Virus genome (UHGV): UHGV-0029170
From: a virus
Direction: 5' to 3' (one strand)
Length of the DNA: 36,552 nt
The notes under the pieces were generated by a model that did not search any database, had not been told where the DNA came from, and saw only the letters and a program-made list of their open reading frames with translations. A program made the translations under genes and the position numbers. Shown in pieces: positions 25,254-33,602 of the stretch. Every line of letters begins with the position of its first letter. Within the stretch, counting starts at the first letter, position 1.

Positions 25254-26858
25254 TTAGCGGCCCAGCTTTTTCAATCCTGCTAGGCGTTTCATTCGCTCTA
25301 CCGGGTCATCGCTCAGGTTCATTTCCATGTTCGCGGCGTCAAATACGTTGTCGCAAATGTCATCGTGTGGATGTGAATCGTCATAGGTAAATGCGCTCAT
25401 TTCCGCCACAAGCTCCGCAATGAACGGATGGTTGTCCGGCAGTACGACGCGGCCACCCTTGATAATTGGCTGCGCATCCATCGCGCGAGTAACCTTATCT
25501 TTGTCGCGCTGAACCGGGACGATCTCACCCATGCCATTAACTGCTTTGGTCAGATCCTGGATTAGACCCGTACCACTCGCCTTGTCTTCGATGTAAATCT
25601 TTCGCAGATTCCCGCATTCCTTGTTTCCGCGCCAGCACTGCTTAATGAATGCCTCGGCCTGCACACGCAAATCCGGCGCTTCCCACTTGCCACGAATTCC
25701 ATCAATGAAGTAGACGCGATCGCGGTACTTACCCCAATAGCACAACACGGAATAGTCGTTTAGCTCATTCGTCTTCTGCGCGGTATCCGCCGTAATGAAG
25801 GTGTACTCGAACTTGTCCGGGCGCGGTTCATGCGCCTTTTCGCTGTCGCCGTAATAGCGCCACCATTCCGACTTAAATACGTTGCCGCCCAATGCGATCG
25901 GCTCCTGCTGATACTGCGAAAGGAATGTATAAAGATCGGCCTCGCGCAAGGCAACCAGGTTCTCGATCGATTCGTTGTCCTCCCAAAATGACCAGTATTC
26001 GACACCATCAATGACAACCGACGGACCGGATAACACGTCGCGCTCGAACTCGGGACGCAACCAGTCAGGAAGCGATTCGCCGTATTCCCTCGTTACCATC
26101 GCCGGAATAACAATGCGATCGAATTCGATAGCCATCCCGCCGCTCATCATGAACCAGGTGGAATCCTGTGCATGCAGCCGCTGCTGTACGGATAGGATCG
26201 GCGTTTCGTCGCCTTGTTTCTTCTTCGCTCGACGTGATCGAATGGTGTTCTTCAGCAAGGTGTGGCTCTTTTCGCGCTTCACCTTTGAGAACATATCATC
26301 AGGCTTGTCGATATCATCCAGCGCGATTAGGCCACTGAAACCAGGCGTCATGTACCCACCACGCTTACCGACGATCTGACCACCAGACGAACGGGACACC
26401 ATTTCCAGCCTTACGCGTTCATTGTCATCCAGAACCTGGAATTCGTCGATCTGCTTCCGCCCGAATTTAGAGGGCCATAGCTCCTGCCATTCGCCCGATG
26501 AAAAGATCTTGATTACGCGGTCGGAGTTGCCTTTTGAAAGCGCATCACCCTGCGAGATCTGAAGGTTGCGAACCTTCCGGCACTTGAGATACGCATACGG
26601 CGCGAGGTGGATAGAAAACGCTTCGGTTTTCGTCGAACCCGGCGCAACGTTTACGATCGTGCTTTTGCGCTTTCCGGCGATAATTTCATCTACCGTGTGG
26701 CAAAAGTAGGAGTGGTGCCAGTTCCACATCAGCTTTTCGCCCTGGATAATCTGAAACCAGATCTTCAGGAACAGCGAAAAGTTGCGCGTGCTCAATGCCT
26801 TGATTGCCAGCTTATCGGCTGGCTTCAGGTCTTCCCAAATAATCATTTCGTCATTCAT
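25254..26858 (-). CDS. Terminase large subunit
   Basis: 534-aa ORF; N-terminal ATPase-like region (VAPGSTKTEAF) and C-terminal acidic nuclease-like motifs (HPHDDICDNVFDA); follows small terminase gene. Confidence 0.75.
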   Translation of the reverse strand: MNDEMIIWEDLKPADKLAIKALSTRNFSLFLKIWFQIIQGEKLMWNWHHSYFCHTVDEIIAGKRKSTIVNVAPGSTKTEAFSIHLAPYAYLKCRKVRNLQISQGDALSKGNSDRVIKIFSSGEWQELWPSKFGRKQIDEFQVLDDNERVRLEMVSRSSGGQIVGKRGGYMTPGFSGLIALDDIDKPDDMFSKVKREKSHTLLKNTIRSRRAKKKQGDETPILSVQQRLHAQDSTWFMMSGGMAIEFDRIVIPAMVTREYGESLPDWLRPEFERDVLSGPSVVIDGVEYWSFWEDNESIENLVALREADLYTFLSQYQQEPIALGGNVFKSEWWRYYGDSEKAHEPRPDKFEYTFITADTAQKTNELNDYSVLCYWGKYRDRVYFIDGIRGKWEAPDLRVQAEAFIKQCWRGNKECGNLRKIYIEDKASGTGLIQDLTKAVNGMGEIVPVQRDKDKVTRAMDAQPIIKGGRVVLPDNHPFIAELVAEMSAFTYDDSHPHDDICDNVFDAANMEMNLSDDPVERMKRLAGLKKLGR

Positions 26859-26867
26859 GATCGGCCC

Positions 26868-27395
26868 TTAAATCTTGTCCAGAATGTTGCTAACAGCCTT
26901 CTCCAATACTTCATCGGTGATCTCGTTCTTGTTGCCAGCAACGGCGTCAATGTTGAGAACAGCAGGCTTATCGATGCCCATTTCCTTGCCGACGAACGAG
27001 GCGTTAATCATGCCGACGGCAGCAAGCTGGAATTTCTGCTCATAGATTACAGAGTCGATAAACTCCATGACCGGGGCATAGTTCGGGTCGTGGCGATAGC
27101 GTGTAAGCGTCGACTGGTTCACGCCACAAAACAGGCTTAACCCTGTGATCGTGAAAATGCGCGGCTTGTTCACTCCCCACTCGTTAACATCGCCCTGAAA
27201 AGTGGCGGTTTCCGCAGCCTTGATGGCGTTTTCTTCGGCCCACTGGAAATAGCCCTTCGCGATCTCGAAGAATTGTTGTGGCGTCATTTCGGCGGTTCGC
27301 CCCAGCACTACGCCAAAATCTTTTTCGTACAGCGCCTTGAAATTGCCTTCGAAGTGCGATTTCGTTACGCGTTTTTTGCGTTCTTCAGACATTGT
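26868..27395 (-). CDS. Terminase small subunit, putative
   Basis: ATG at 27395 with GGAGG RBS (MSEERKKRV...); first gene after the terminator/promoter junction at ~27.42-27.47 kb. Confidence 0.5.
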   Translation of the reverse strand, partial: TMSEERKKRVTKSHFEGNFKALYEKDFGVVLGRTAEMTPQQFFEIAKGYFQWAEENAIKAAETATFQGDVNEWGVNKPRIFTITGLSLFCGVNQSTLTRYRHDPNYAPVMEFIDSVIYEQKFQLAAVGMINASFVGKEMGIDKPAVLNIDAVAGNKNEITDEVLEKAVSNILDKI

Positions 27396-27422
27396 TAATC
27401 CTCCTTCTGTGTTGAGTTGCGA

Positions 27423-27469
27423 GTATACCAGATTGCAGGCACAAAAAAACCCGCCGAAGCGGGTTATGT
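27423..27469 (-). promoter_or_regulatory. Terminator hairpin (27448-27465) followed by extended -10-like TGgTATACT: early/late junction
   Basis: Minus strand: AACCCGC-TTCG-GCGGGTT + T7 directly after stop at 27470, then CTGGTATACTCGCAA and RBS/ATG of terminase small subunit. Confidence 0.5.
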
Positions 27470-27733
27470 TCATATCAGTTTGTTACGCCGCTTCAGTGTT
27501 TTCTGAAGTGATGCAAAAGGCTCACAGTCAACATACGGGAGCGGCGAAAAAGCAATTCGTTTTGCGATACCTTCCGGATCGCCAATTTTTTCCCAACGCG
27601 CAGTTTTCTTATTGTACATCATGGCAGCAAAAGTGCCTTCATGTACCCGCTTTGAAAGGCGCTCAACAAGGCGAGCCGCGCCAACGTGATAGCCTATGAC
27701 AAGCATTAAAAAAGCAACAATCAGAGTTACCAT
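27470..27733 (-). CDS. Small membrane protein (N-terminal TM helix)
   Basis: 87 aa; MVTLIVAFLMLVIGYHVGAA hydrophobic start; stop/start overlap with upstream 62-aa ORF. Confidence 0.4.
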   Translation of the reverse strand: MVTLIVAFLMLVIGYHVGAARLVERLSKRVHEGTFAAMMYNKKTARWEKIGDPEGIAKRIAFSPLPYVDCEPFASLQKTLKRRNKLI

Positions 27734-27921
27734 TACTTAACTTCCCTTATGTAGTTTATGTTGATTTTGTGAGTATCTAGATTAACGCCGGATCTCTTTT
27801 TTGCTTTCTCTACCGCGTCGGCGGTATCGTTCGCCTCAAGTGTCATGCTGAACTCTTGAATGCAGGATTTGCAAAAGCCACCCATTTTCCTTGCCGTGAG
27901 CATGATTTTGTACTGCATCAT
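27733..27921 (-). CDS. Hypothetical small protein
   Basis: 62 aa; RBS GAGGGG; preceded by hairpin+U-tract at 27934-27950. Confidence 0.4.
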   Translation of the reverse strand: MMQYKIMLTARKMGGFCKSCIQEFSMTLEANDTADAVEKAKKRSGVNLDTHKININYIREVK

Positions 27922-28058
27922 AACCCCTCAATAAAAGCCCCTAAGCGGGGCGCGACTTGCGGACTATCGCCGCCTCTTGTGTCTACGTGACCACGATACC
28001 CGGTCAGCGACAGTGCGTCAATAGGCGGTTGATTCGTTCGCTTGCTTTTTGACCTTTA

Positions 28059-28235
28059 TTACCATCCCCACTTCTCATAGTAGAAGTCATCTACTCGCTT
28101 TCCTGCACAGTAAGCCTCCTCGATTTCACCTTCTGTGATATCGAATGATTTACCGTTTAGCTCTACGATTAGCTCCAGTTGCTCACCCCAATCCTCAAGG
28201 CTAGAGTTCATTCTAGTTGATGATAAATCCGCCAT
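28059..28235 (-). CDS. Hypothetical small acidic protein (not in ORF track)
   Basis: Hand translation MADLSSTRMNSSLEDWGEQLELIVELNGKSFDITEGEIEEAYCAGKRVDDFYYEKWGW; ATG overlaps stop of upstream ORF (TAATG); fills an otherwise empty gap. Confidence 0.35.
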   Translation of the reverse strand: MADLSSTRMNSSLEDWGEQLELIVELNGKSFDITEGEIEEAYCAGKRVDDFYYEKWGW

Positions 28236-28483
28236 TATTCGTATTCTCCATCTTTACGCCCAAAACGCCCTTCCAGGTATCCAGCTATCCAGATAAACTG
28301 GCCGCGAGTAACCAGCGTGTTGATTTGCGCCCAATGTTTATCGATCATCTTCGCGGCGACCTGATCGTAGGTCTTCTTGTCCTTCTTGATGGCGTCTTTT
28401 GTTTCTGCTGCCATCTGCTTTGCTATGCGCTTCACGGCGTTGTACTGCGCTTCATTCAGTCCGAACATTTGGCCTTCTCCCAT
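28235..28483 (-). CDS. Hypothetical protein
   Basis: 82-aa ORF; likely start at internal ATG 28468 (RBS GGGAGAAGG). Confidence 0.4.
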   Translation of the reverse strand: MGEGQMFGLNEAQYNAVKRIAKQMAAETKDAIKKDKKTYDQVAAKMIDKHWAQINTLVTRGQFIWIAGYLEGRFGRKDGEYE

Positions 28484-28692
28484 TCTACCCAGGTTCCGCG
28501 AGCAATGAACACTTCAACACGCAGCGGACTATTGAAATTTTTGTAGATGAAGATGAACCCTTTTCTGCTGTCCGTCTCCACCTGCGCAACCGGGAACGCC
28601 AGCGGCTTGATGGCGTCGTCCGACTCACTCATGCGGATACCAGTAATCGTTGCGCCAATCGGCATATCTTCGACTTTTGAGTATTCAGGCAT
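28456..28692 (-). CDS. Hypothetical protein
   Basis: 78 aa; RBS AAGGAG 10 nt upstream of ATG 28692. Confidence 0.45.
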   Translation of the reverse strand: MPEYSKVEDMPIGATITGIRMSESDDAIKPLAFPVAQVETDSRKGFIFIYKNFNSPLRVEVFIARGTWVEWEKAKCSD

Positions 28693-28761
28693 ACAATCGC
28701 ACTCCTTAAATTTGCGCCCGCCAGAATGGCTTACAGGCGCTTTAAACTGTATTCGATTTCG

Positions 28762-29337
28762 TTAATTTTTTACGTGGTGGCAAGGTTCGCCATCTTTGAC
28801 CTCGCCCCACGCCCGGCGCTTGTTCCGCTCCAACTTTTCCGCCACCGCTTCAGCCAACTGCTCATCACTGAATCCGGCGCGGCGGGTTGCGTCCCATACC
28901 AACATGAGGATATCGGCGAACTCGCTAATGTCATCCGGCGCTTCGGCGGCCTCGATCGCCTCTTTCGCCAGGTGCTTGAGCGGCCCGACTGGCCCAACGT
29001 TGCCGAACTGGCGATCCGACCACTCCGCGTGCTGCTCCCGAATATTGGTGAACGGGTCGGCCTTCACTTCCGGCTCCGCTCGCAGGCATTGAAAATCGCT
29101 CCACGTCTTCGGGTTGTGCTGCATCTCACGCAGGCTCGCTAACGCGCCGTTGATATCCATGCCTTCCGGCCAGTTAACCTTGAACGCTTCAGGCTTGCGG
29201 AAATGCTCGACAAGATCGCCACCAAGAACGGTTTGCTGCATAATCGCCTGCTCTTTGGTGTCGCAGATGAGGCGGAGCGATTTGCGCCCCTCGTTGGTTC
29301 CGATAGTGTAGGTCAGTACCCAAATTTTGTTGCTCAT
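28762..29337 (-). CDS. Putative nucleotide pyrophosphohydrolase (MazG-like C-terminal domain)
   Basis: ATG 29337 overlaps stop of upstream ORF (ATGA); C-terminal EWSDRQFG...LKHLAKEAIEAAEAPDDISEFADILMLVWDATRRAGF...AEKLERNKRR resembles MazG/dNTP-pyrophosphohydrolase helices. Confidence 0.45.
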   Translation of the reverse strand: MSNKIWVLTYTIGTNEGRKSLRLICDTKEQAIMQQTVLGGDLVEHFRKPEAFKVNWPEGMDINGALASLREMQHNPKTWSDFQCLRAEPEVKADPFTNIREQHAEWSDRQFGNVGPVGPLKHLAKEAIEAAEAPDDISEFADILMLVWDATRRAGFSDEQLAEAVAEKLERNKRRAWGEVKDGEPCHHVKN

Positions 29338-29546
29338 TCTTCCACAACCTCGCATTCGTCTTCGCTCACGCTGATATTGTCACCAGCCTGGATAAATTCG
29401 CTATTGCGCGGGGCAATTACGCAGTATGAGCCGTCATTGAAGTGGCCATCGACCTCAAGAATGTCGCCGATTTTGAGGCCGCATTCTTCCAGGGTAATTG
29501 AGCCGTCGCCGTTGAGTGTGTCGATTTTGGTGATTTTGATTTTCAT
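29334..29546 (-). CDS. Hypothetical small acidic protein
   Basis: 70 aa, net charge about -11; first ORF downstream of cassette copy 29559-29621. Confidence 0.45.
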   Translation of the reverse strand: MKIKITKIDTLNGDGSITLEECGLKIGDILEVDGHFNDGSYCVIAPRNSEFIQAGDNISVSEDECEVVEE

Positions 29547-29558
29547 TGCTGTAACTCC

Positions 29559-29621
29559 GTTTCGTTTCGATGGGGTAACTATACCAGCTTACCCCCGATC
29601 GGTTTTAGCAATTCGTGCTAT
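29559..29621 (-). promoter_or_regulatory. Conserved promoter/operator cassette copy
   Basis: Minus strand: ATAGCACGAATTGCTAAAACCGATCGGGGGTAAGCTGGTATAGTTACCCCATCGAAACG. Confidence 0.5.
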
Positions 29622-29817
29622 TTGGCAGGCCATCCATGACTTTCAGTTTAACCCACTCGATGCGCCCCTGCGCCTCGGCAATGCCTAACTCATAACTCGC
29701 GCCTTTCTGGTGAGGGCGAACCCGCCAGCGTTTGCCGCCCTCATCGCACCAGTAATAGAACTTCCCGCGAAAGCGCACGTTGTAGGTAAAGCCGTTGAAC
29801 CACATTTTGATGTTCAT
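29605..29817 (-). CDS. Hypothetical protein (basic, Trp/Tyr-rich)
   Basis: 70 aa; stop TAA lies inside Box A of the downstream cassette. Confidence 0.4.
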   Translation of the reverse strand: MNIKMWFNGFTYNVRFRGKFYYWCDEGGKRWRVRPHQKGASYELGIAEAQGRIEWVKLKVMDGLPNSTNC

Positions 29818-29825
29818 GTATCACC

Positions 29826-30050
29826 TCACCACTTAAAATTGCGGGAAATGATCACGCTGCCAACGGCGGAAAGTGCAATCCAGGGCCAGCACAACACAGG
29901 ATAAAGATCGTCTTTGTCGGTAGAGTCCGCAGATTTCAGGAAGGCCCGCGTGAGGAAACAGCCGCACGCATACAGGGCCAGAATAAGAACCACCAGGGCA
30001 ATAATTGCGTAAATCATGATGTTTTTCCTTGTCTTTGGTGGGGTAGCCAT
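29826..30050 (-). CDS. Small membrane protein (two predicted TM segments)
   Basis: IMIYAIIALVVLILALYACGCF and WPWIALSAVGSVIIS hydrophobic stretches; RBS GGAG 7 nt before ATG 30050. Confidence 0.4.
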   Translation of the reverse strand: MATPPKTRKNIMIYAIIALVVLILALYACGCFLTRAFLKSADSTDKDDLYPVLCWPWIALSAVGSVIISRNFKW

Positions 30051-30082
30051 GCAGCAACTCCGGTTAGTGTTTGTGGTTCGTG

Positions 30083-30403
30083 CTATTGCTGGAGTTTTGC
30101 GAAGGCGTCGGCCATCATGCGCAAAACTCGCGCGTGATCTTCAACGTCATAGCCAGGTTCGGTGCGCATGATTTCCCGAATCTTCTCGATCGTGGCGATA
30201 GCCTCCTGAAGTTCACCAGTCAGGAAAGCAACCTGCTGTTCAAGCTCCGCTATTCGTGAGAACGGTTCACGCATGAATGATTCGCACGAGGCATCACTAA
30301 GAGCCCAATCGATCCCGGCGCGAATAACGGCTTTTAACAGCGGGTCGTCGTCTTTGGCGAAGTTGTCGGACGGGATCAGGTGTATGATTTGTGTGGTGTT
30401 CAT
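30083..30403 (-). CDS. Hypothetical protein
   Basis: Start set to ATG 30403 (MNTTQII...) because ORF-track start lies inside the upstream cassette. Confidence 0.4.
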   Translation of the reverse strand: MNTTQIIHLIPSDNFAKDDDPLLKAVIRAGIDWALSDASCESFMREPFSRIAELEQQVAFLTGELQEAIATIEKIREIMRTEPGYDVEDHARVLRMMADAFAKLQQ

Positions 30404-30430
30404 GGTTAGGATCCATCTCTTGTTAGTGTT

Positions 30431-30479
30431 GGGATAGTATGCACCATCCCCGGACGTTCGTTTTAGCAATTAGTGCTAT
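30431..30479 (-). promoter_or_regulatory. Conserved promoter/operator cassette copy
   Basis: Minus strand: ATAGCACTAATTGCTAAAACGAACGTCCGGGGATGGTGCATACTATCCC. Confidence 0.45.
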
Positions 30480-30967
30480 CAAAGGGCGTCTAATTCCGCC
30501 TCAATGAATTCGTACCACTCGTGGCCGTTTGCGGGATCGTGTTCGGTTCCATGCAGCCAGTCCGTATGGGTGGAACAGAATTCGCCGGATTTGTTGAAGT
30601 AAAAGTCGGCCCATGACCGCGCCCAATCGCCGACGCCAGCGAACGTGCCGAACTTGCGGATGTATGCGTCGGTGTATCCGCGCTGCTTCGCTATGCGCTT
30701 CAGTGCGCGAACCAGCAACTTACGCGGAGACGCCTTTGACACTTTCCGCAGGTGGAAAAGCGCGTTTTCCGGCTCGCTACCAACACGGATGGTCAAATCT
30801 TCGTCAGCATCCAGCGGATTGACGATAAATTCGTTAAGGTATCCGCCCTGGATTACGTGCGCTGTGCCTAGTGGCTCGCGCACCTCGACGGCATCGAATA
30901 CGCAGCCGATAAGGTGGCGCTCACGTTCGCGGGCCGCATTGACAACCATAAGTTTGACGGTTTTCAT
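30479..30967 (-). CDS. Hypothetical protein
   Basis: 162-aa ORF; start ATG overlaps stop of upstream gene (TAATG). Confidence 0.45.
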   Translation of the reverse strand: MKTVKLMVVNAARERERHLIGCVFDAVEVREPLGTAHVIQGGYLNEFIVNPLDADEDLTIRVGSEPENALFHLRKVSKASPRKLLVRALKRIAKQRGYTDAYIRKFGTFAGVGDWARSWADFYFNKSGEFCSTHTDWLHGTEHDPANGHEWYEFIEAELDAL

Positions 30968-31185
30968 TATCGGATCTCCTTCACCTGGTGAACTTCGAGA
31001 AGGTTGGTTACTTCACGGATGCCGCAGTCCTCGAATTCCTCTTCGGCCCCTGCTGCCACCCTTAATCTGGTAAACCCGGCGTCATCGTCGATTGCGACTT
31101 CAATAACCTGCTCGCTCGAAAGCTCGATGTATGCGCAGCCGTAGGAATTCAGCTCTTCCAGCAGTGCGATTAAATTGTCGTTCAT
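30967..31185 (-). CDS. Hypothetical small acidic protein
   Basis: 72 aa, net charge about -12 (DDD, EEEFED runs); ATG 31185 with AGGAG RBS. Confidence 0.45.
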   Translation of the reverse strand: MNDNLIALLEELNSYGCAYIELSSEQVIEVAIDDDAGFTRLRVAAGAEEEFEDCGIREVTNLLEVHQVKEIR

Positions 31186-31212
31186 TGCGTTGCTCCTGAT
31201 TGGATTGTTCAC

Positions 31213-31268
31213 TTCAGTAACGCCACTTTATCAAATGACGTTACGGCAGTTTTAACAAAAAGTGCTAT
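31213..31268 (-). promoter_or_regulatory. Conserved cassette copy (variant with GTAACG...CGTTAC inverted repeat)
   Basis: Minus strand: ATAGCACTTTTTGTTAAAACTGCCGTAACGTCATTTGATAAAGTGGCGTTACTG. Confidence 0.45.
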
Positions 31269-31450
31269 TCTTTTTCGCCGCTGAACGCTGCCCGATACCC
31301 ACGGCGGAACCCGTTAATCTCCGACAGGCGGCATACGCCAATAATCATGCACAGCATTCCGATCGTCTGCCAGCCTACGTGGTCATGCAGTGCCAGGCCG
31401 CCCAGGAAGAAAGCCCAATACAGCGCGAGTTTCTTTTTGCTTACTTTCAT
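31265..31450 (-). CDS. Small membrane protein
   Basis: 61 aa; hydrophobic LALYWAFFLGGLAL and IGMLCMIIGV segments. Confidence 0.4.
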   Translation of the reverse strand: MKVSKKKLALYWAFFLGGLALHDHVGWQTIGMLCMIIGVCRLSEINGFRRGYRAAFSGEKE

Positions 31451-31692
31451 ACTTTCACCTCAAATAGAACGTTGTTTTCGTATGGCCTATTGGCATACAT
31501 GGCGATCTTTTCGTCCGGCATACGGCAGGCGGGCCAGAATTCTTCGTCCTCAGTAGTTACCTGGTCGTCCTGCAAAATCCATACTTCATCAAGGCCAGGG
31601 CCGAACCTGGCTTCATACTCGCGGCCAGGTGTGAAATAGGTGGATAGCGGCGAATAGCCAGCGTGCGTGCAAATTACTTTTACCGTTTCCAT
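31447..31692 (-). CDS. Hypothetical protein
   Basis: 81 aa; start overlaps upstream stop (TAATG). Confidence 0.4.
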   Translation of the reverse strand: METVKVICTHAGYSPLSTYFTPGREYEARFGPGLDEVWILQDDQVTTEDEEFWPACRMPDEKIAMYANRPYENNVLFEVKV

Positions 31693-31994
31693 TAGTAGAT
31701 CCCGTTAGTCCAAACGTAGCCGTGTTCGATTATCTCGCGCAGCTTAACCTTCTTCGGCGCTGGATTTACTCCGTCTCCGCCAGTGTAGAACCCTGTTCCA
31801 TACGCAAAATGAACCTGCTTCGCGAACAGTCCGCCGCGCGCCTGGATGTAAAGTCGGTTGCGCATGGCCAGACCTCTAAGCGTGTTGACCTGCTCGATGG
31901 GGTCGCCTTTTACATTCGAGATCTTGCACATTACTGGCTTTTCGCCAAATTGCCCGGTTAAGCAGTGGCGGTCGAAGTCTGATAAACGTATCAT
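31692..31994 (-). CDS. Hypothetical protein
   Basis: 100-aa ORF in the co-directional array. Confidence 0.4.
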   Translation of the reverse strand: MIRLSDFDRHCLTGQFGEKPVMCKISNVKGDPIEQVNTLRGLAMRNRLYIQARGGLFAKQVHFAYGTGFYTGGDGVNPAPKKVKLREIIEHGYVWTNGIY

Positions 31995-32003
31995 CCAGAC
32001 ACC

Positions 32004-32375
32004 TCAAAGCTGATTTGCAAAGATGTGCCAGACGTGATCTTCTGGCGTGCGTTTCATTAGTTTGTGCGCCTTGCGTGCCATGCGCTTATAGTCGCGGGCG
32101 GTAAGTTTCGTGGGGTCGGCAACGAACGATTCAACAATTAACCCATCGCAATGATATTCCGGCAGCCATTCCCGATGGGTTCGCCATTCGTTGAAAGTGG
32201 TTAGCTGGATAACGGAATGCAAGTCACTGTGAAGGTGCTCCCCGCGCTCGCCGTAATGGAAAGCTCCGCGAATTTTGCCATCATTGCCTACGTGCAAAAG
32301 GTGAATGCGGCTTTTCTTGCCTTCGAAGTTGGTTCCGACGATGGCGACAACTGCGTTTTTGACGATCTGCTTCAT
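32004..32375 (-). CDS. Hypothetical protein (His-rich)
   Basis: 123 aa; first ORF downstream of cassette copy 32400-32448. Confidence 0.45.
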   Translation of the reverse strand: MKQIVKNAVVAIVGTNFEGKKSRIHLLHVGNDGKIRGAFHYGERGEHLHSDLHSVIQLTTFNEWRTHREWLPEYHCDGLIVESFVADPTKLTARDYKRMARKAHKLMKRTPEDHVWHIFANQL

Positions 32376-32399
32376 GGTGAATCTCCGTTGTTTGGTGTA

Positions 32400-32448
32400 T
32401 GGCCATTATGCCCGATCTGCTGACCGGGCGTTTAGCAAAAAGTGCTAT
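32400..32448 (-). promoter_or_regulatory. Conserved promoter/operator cassette copy
   Basis: Minus strand: ATAGCACTTTTTGCTAAACGCCCGGTCAGCAGATCGGGCATAATGGCC. Confidence 0.5.
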
Positions 32449-32646
32449 TCAGAAACAGAGCGCCTCACGCTCCAGGCTGGCCAGTGACGGAAAGCTGAAT
32501 TTTGTAACGTGGTACGAGCCGCCAACATAGCCGGAAATGCTGATATTGTTGAACTCAACCTCAACACTGATAATCTTCATGTTCTTGCTGAAGGCGTACA
32601 TTGCAAGCGCACGGTGCGCCCGCGCCAGGAATTCGAATTGGTTCAT
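32449..32646 (-). CDS. Hypothetical protein
   Basis: 65 aa; ATG overlaps upstream stop (ATGA). Confidence 0.35.
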   Translation of the reverse strand: MNQFEFLARAHRALAMYAFSKNMKIISVEVEFNNISISGYVGGSYHVTKFSFPSLASLEREALCF

Positions 32647-32900
32647 TTAAAGATCGCCCCTTTGATTTTGTTCCAGAAAGCGAATGGCTGACGCTGCGGC
32701 TTCAGTTCCACGATATCGTGATCATAGAATCCGCGATGCTTGCCGCAAAGGAGCGGCTGCACGCCATCCGTTACCATATCGCCAATGAAGAACCGCTTGC
32801 CGCTATCCATGAAGTAAAGGCCGTGGCATACGCCTGGCGCGGCATGAGTTGCGGTATCTGGCAGGCTGTATACCCTGCCGCGAGATTTGAATTGCTGCAT
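32643..32900 (-). CDS. Hypothetical protein
   Basis: Start set to ATG 32900 (MQQFK...) with AGGAGA RBS. Confidence 0.4.
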   Translation of the reverse strand: MQQFKSRGRVYSLPDTATHAAPGVCHGLYFMDSGKRFFIGDMVTDGVQPLLCGKHRGFYDHDIVELKPQRQPFAFWNKIKGAIFK

Positions 32901-32941
32901 TATCCTGTCTCCTTGCATAATTTGGTCGTTAATCGACTTCG

Positions 32942-32990
32942 TGATAATTATGCCCGATCCTCTGACCGGGCGTTTAGCAATGCGTGCTAT
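32942..32990 (-). promoter_or_regulatory. Conserved promoter/operator cassette copy
   Basis: Minus strand: ATAGCACGCATTGCTAAACGCCCGGTCAGAGGATCGGGCATAATTATCAC. Confidence 0.5.
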
Positions 32991-33307
32991 TTCAGGCCGC
33001 GAAGGTCAATCTTCGATCTTGCCCAATCAGGGAAGCGAGCCATTTCGCCAACCTGAACCATTTTGTTTCCGCCCGGCCCCTTATCCACCCATGAATCAGG
33101 CGAGTAGCTCAGTAGGCGAACATTTTCAACGGTCGACTCATAGGCCCAAATCGCCCCGTCTTCATCAATGGCAACCGTGTTAGTCCAAACTGGCACGTCA
33201 AGCGACTGCATATCGAACGTGCCAGGGATGTTAATCTGGAAGGCTACAACGTGGCGCTGCGTGATGGTGGCCACTACTTGCTCGCCGGATTTAACTTCGT
33301 TAATCAT
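32987..33307 (-). CDS. Hypothetical protein
   Basis: Start set to ATG 33307 (MINEVKSGEQ...) with AAGGAG RBS. Confidence 0.4.
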   Translation of the reverse strand: MINEVKSGEQVVATITQRHVVAFQINIPGTFDMQSLDVPVWTNTVAIDEDGAIWAYESTVENVRLLSYSPDSWVDKGPGGNKMVQVGEMARFPDWARSKIDLRGLK

Positions 33308-33317
33308 TGCGTTCTCC

Positions 33318-33530
33318 TTACAGGAACATTCCAGCCAGGCGCAGGCGGGTAATGATGCTATCCCGTTTAGCGCGCAGGCCATCATAGTAATCTTCCAGTT
33401 GCGCATCCCATGACGGCAGGTCAAGCATAAGATTCATTTCGTTGCACACCACCTTCAGCGCGTGGAAGTGTTGCTCTACCGCGCGACGGTGAAATGCTGC
33501 ATTGAGTGGGTTGTTTTGGTTGCCGATCAT
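33318..33530 (-). CDS. Hypothetical protein
   Basis: 70 aa; first ORF downstream of cassette copy 33545-33602. Confidence 0.4.
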   Translation of the reverse strand: MIGNQNNPLNAAFHRRAVEQHFHALKVVCNEMNLMLDLPSWDAQLEDYYDGLRAKRDSIITRLRLAGMFL

Positions 33531-33544
33531 GTTTACGCTCCTCT

Positions 33545-33602
33545 GTTTCGATGGGGTAATGATAGCGCATCACCCCGATTGCGTTTTAACAAAAAGTGCT
33601 AT
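33545..33602 (-). promoter_or_regulatory. Conserved promoter/operator cassette copy
   Basis: Minus strand: ATAGCACTTTTTGTTAAAACGCAATCGGGGTGATGCGCTATCATTACCCCATCGAAAC. Confidence 0.5.
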
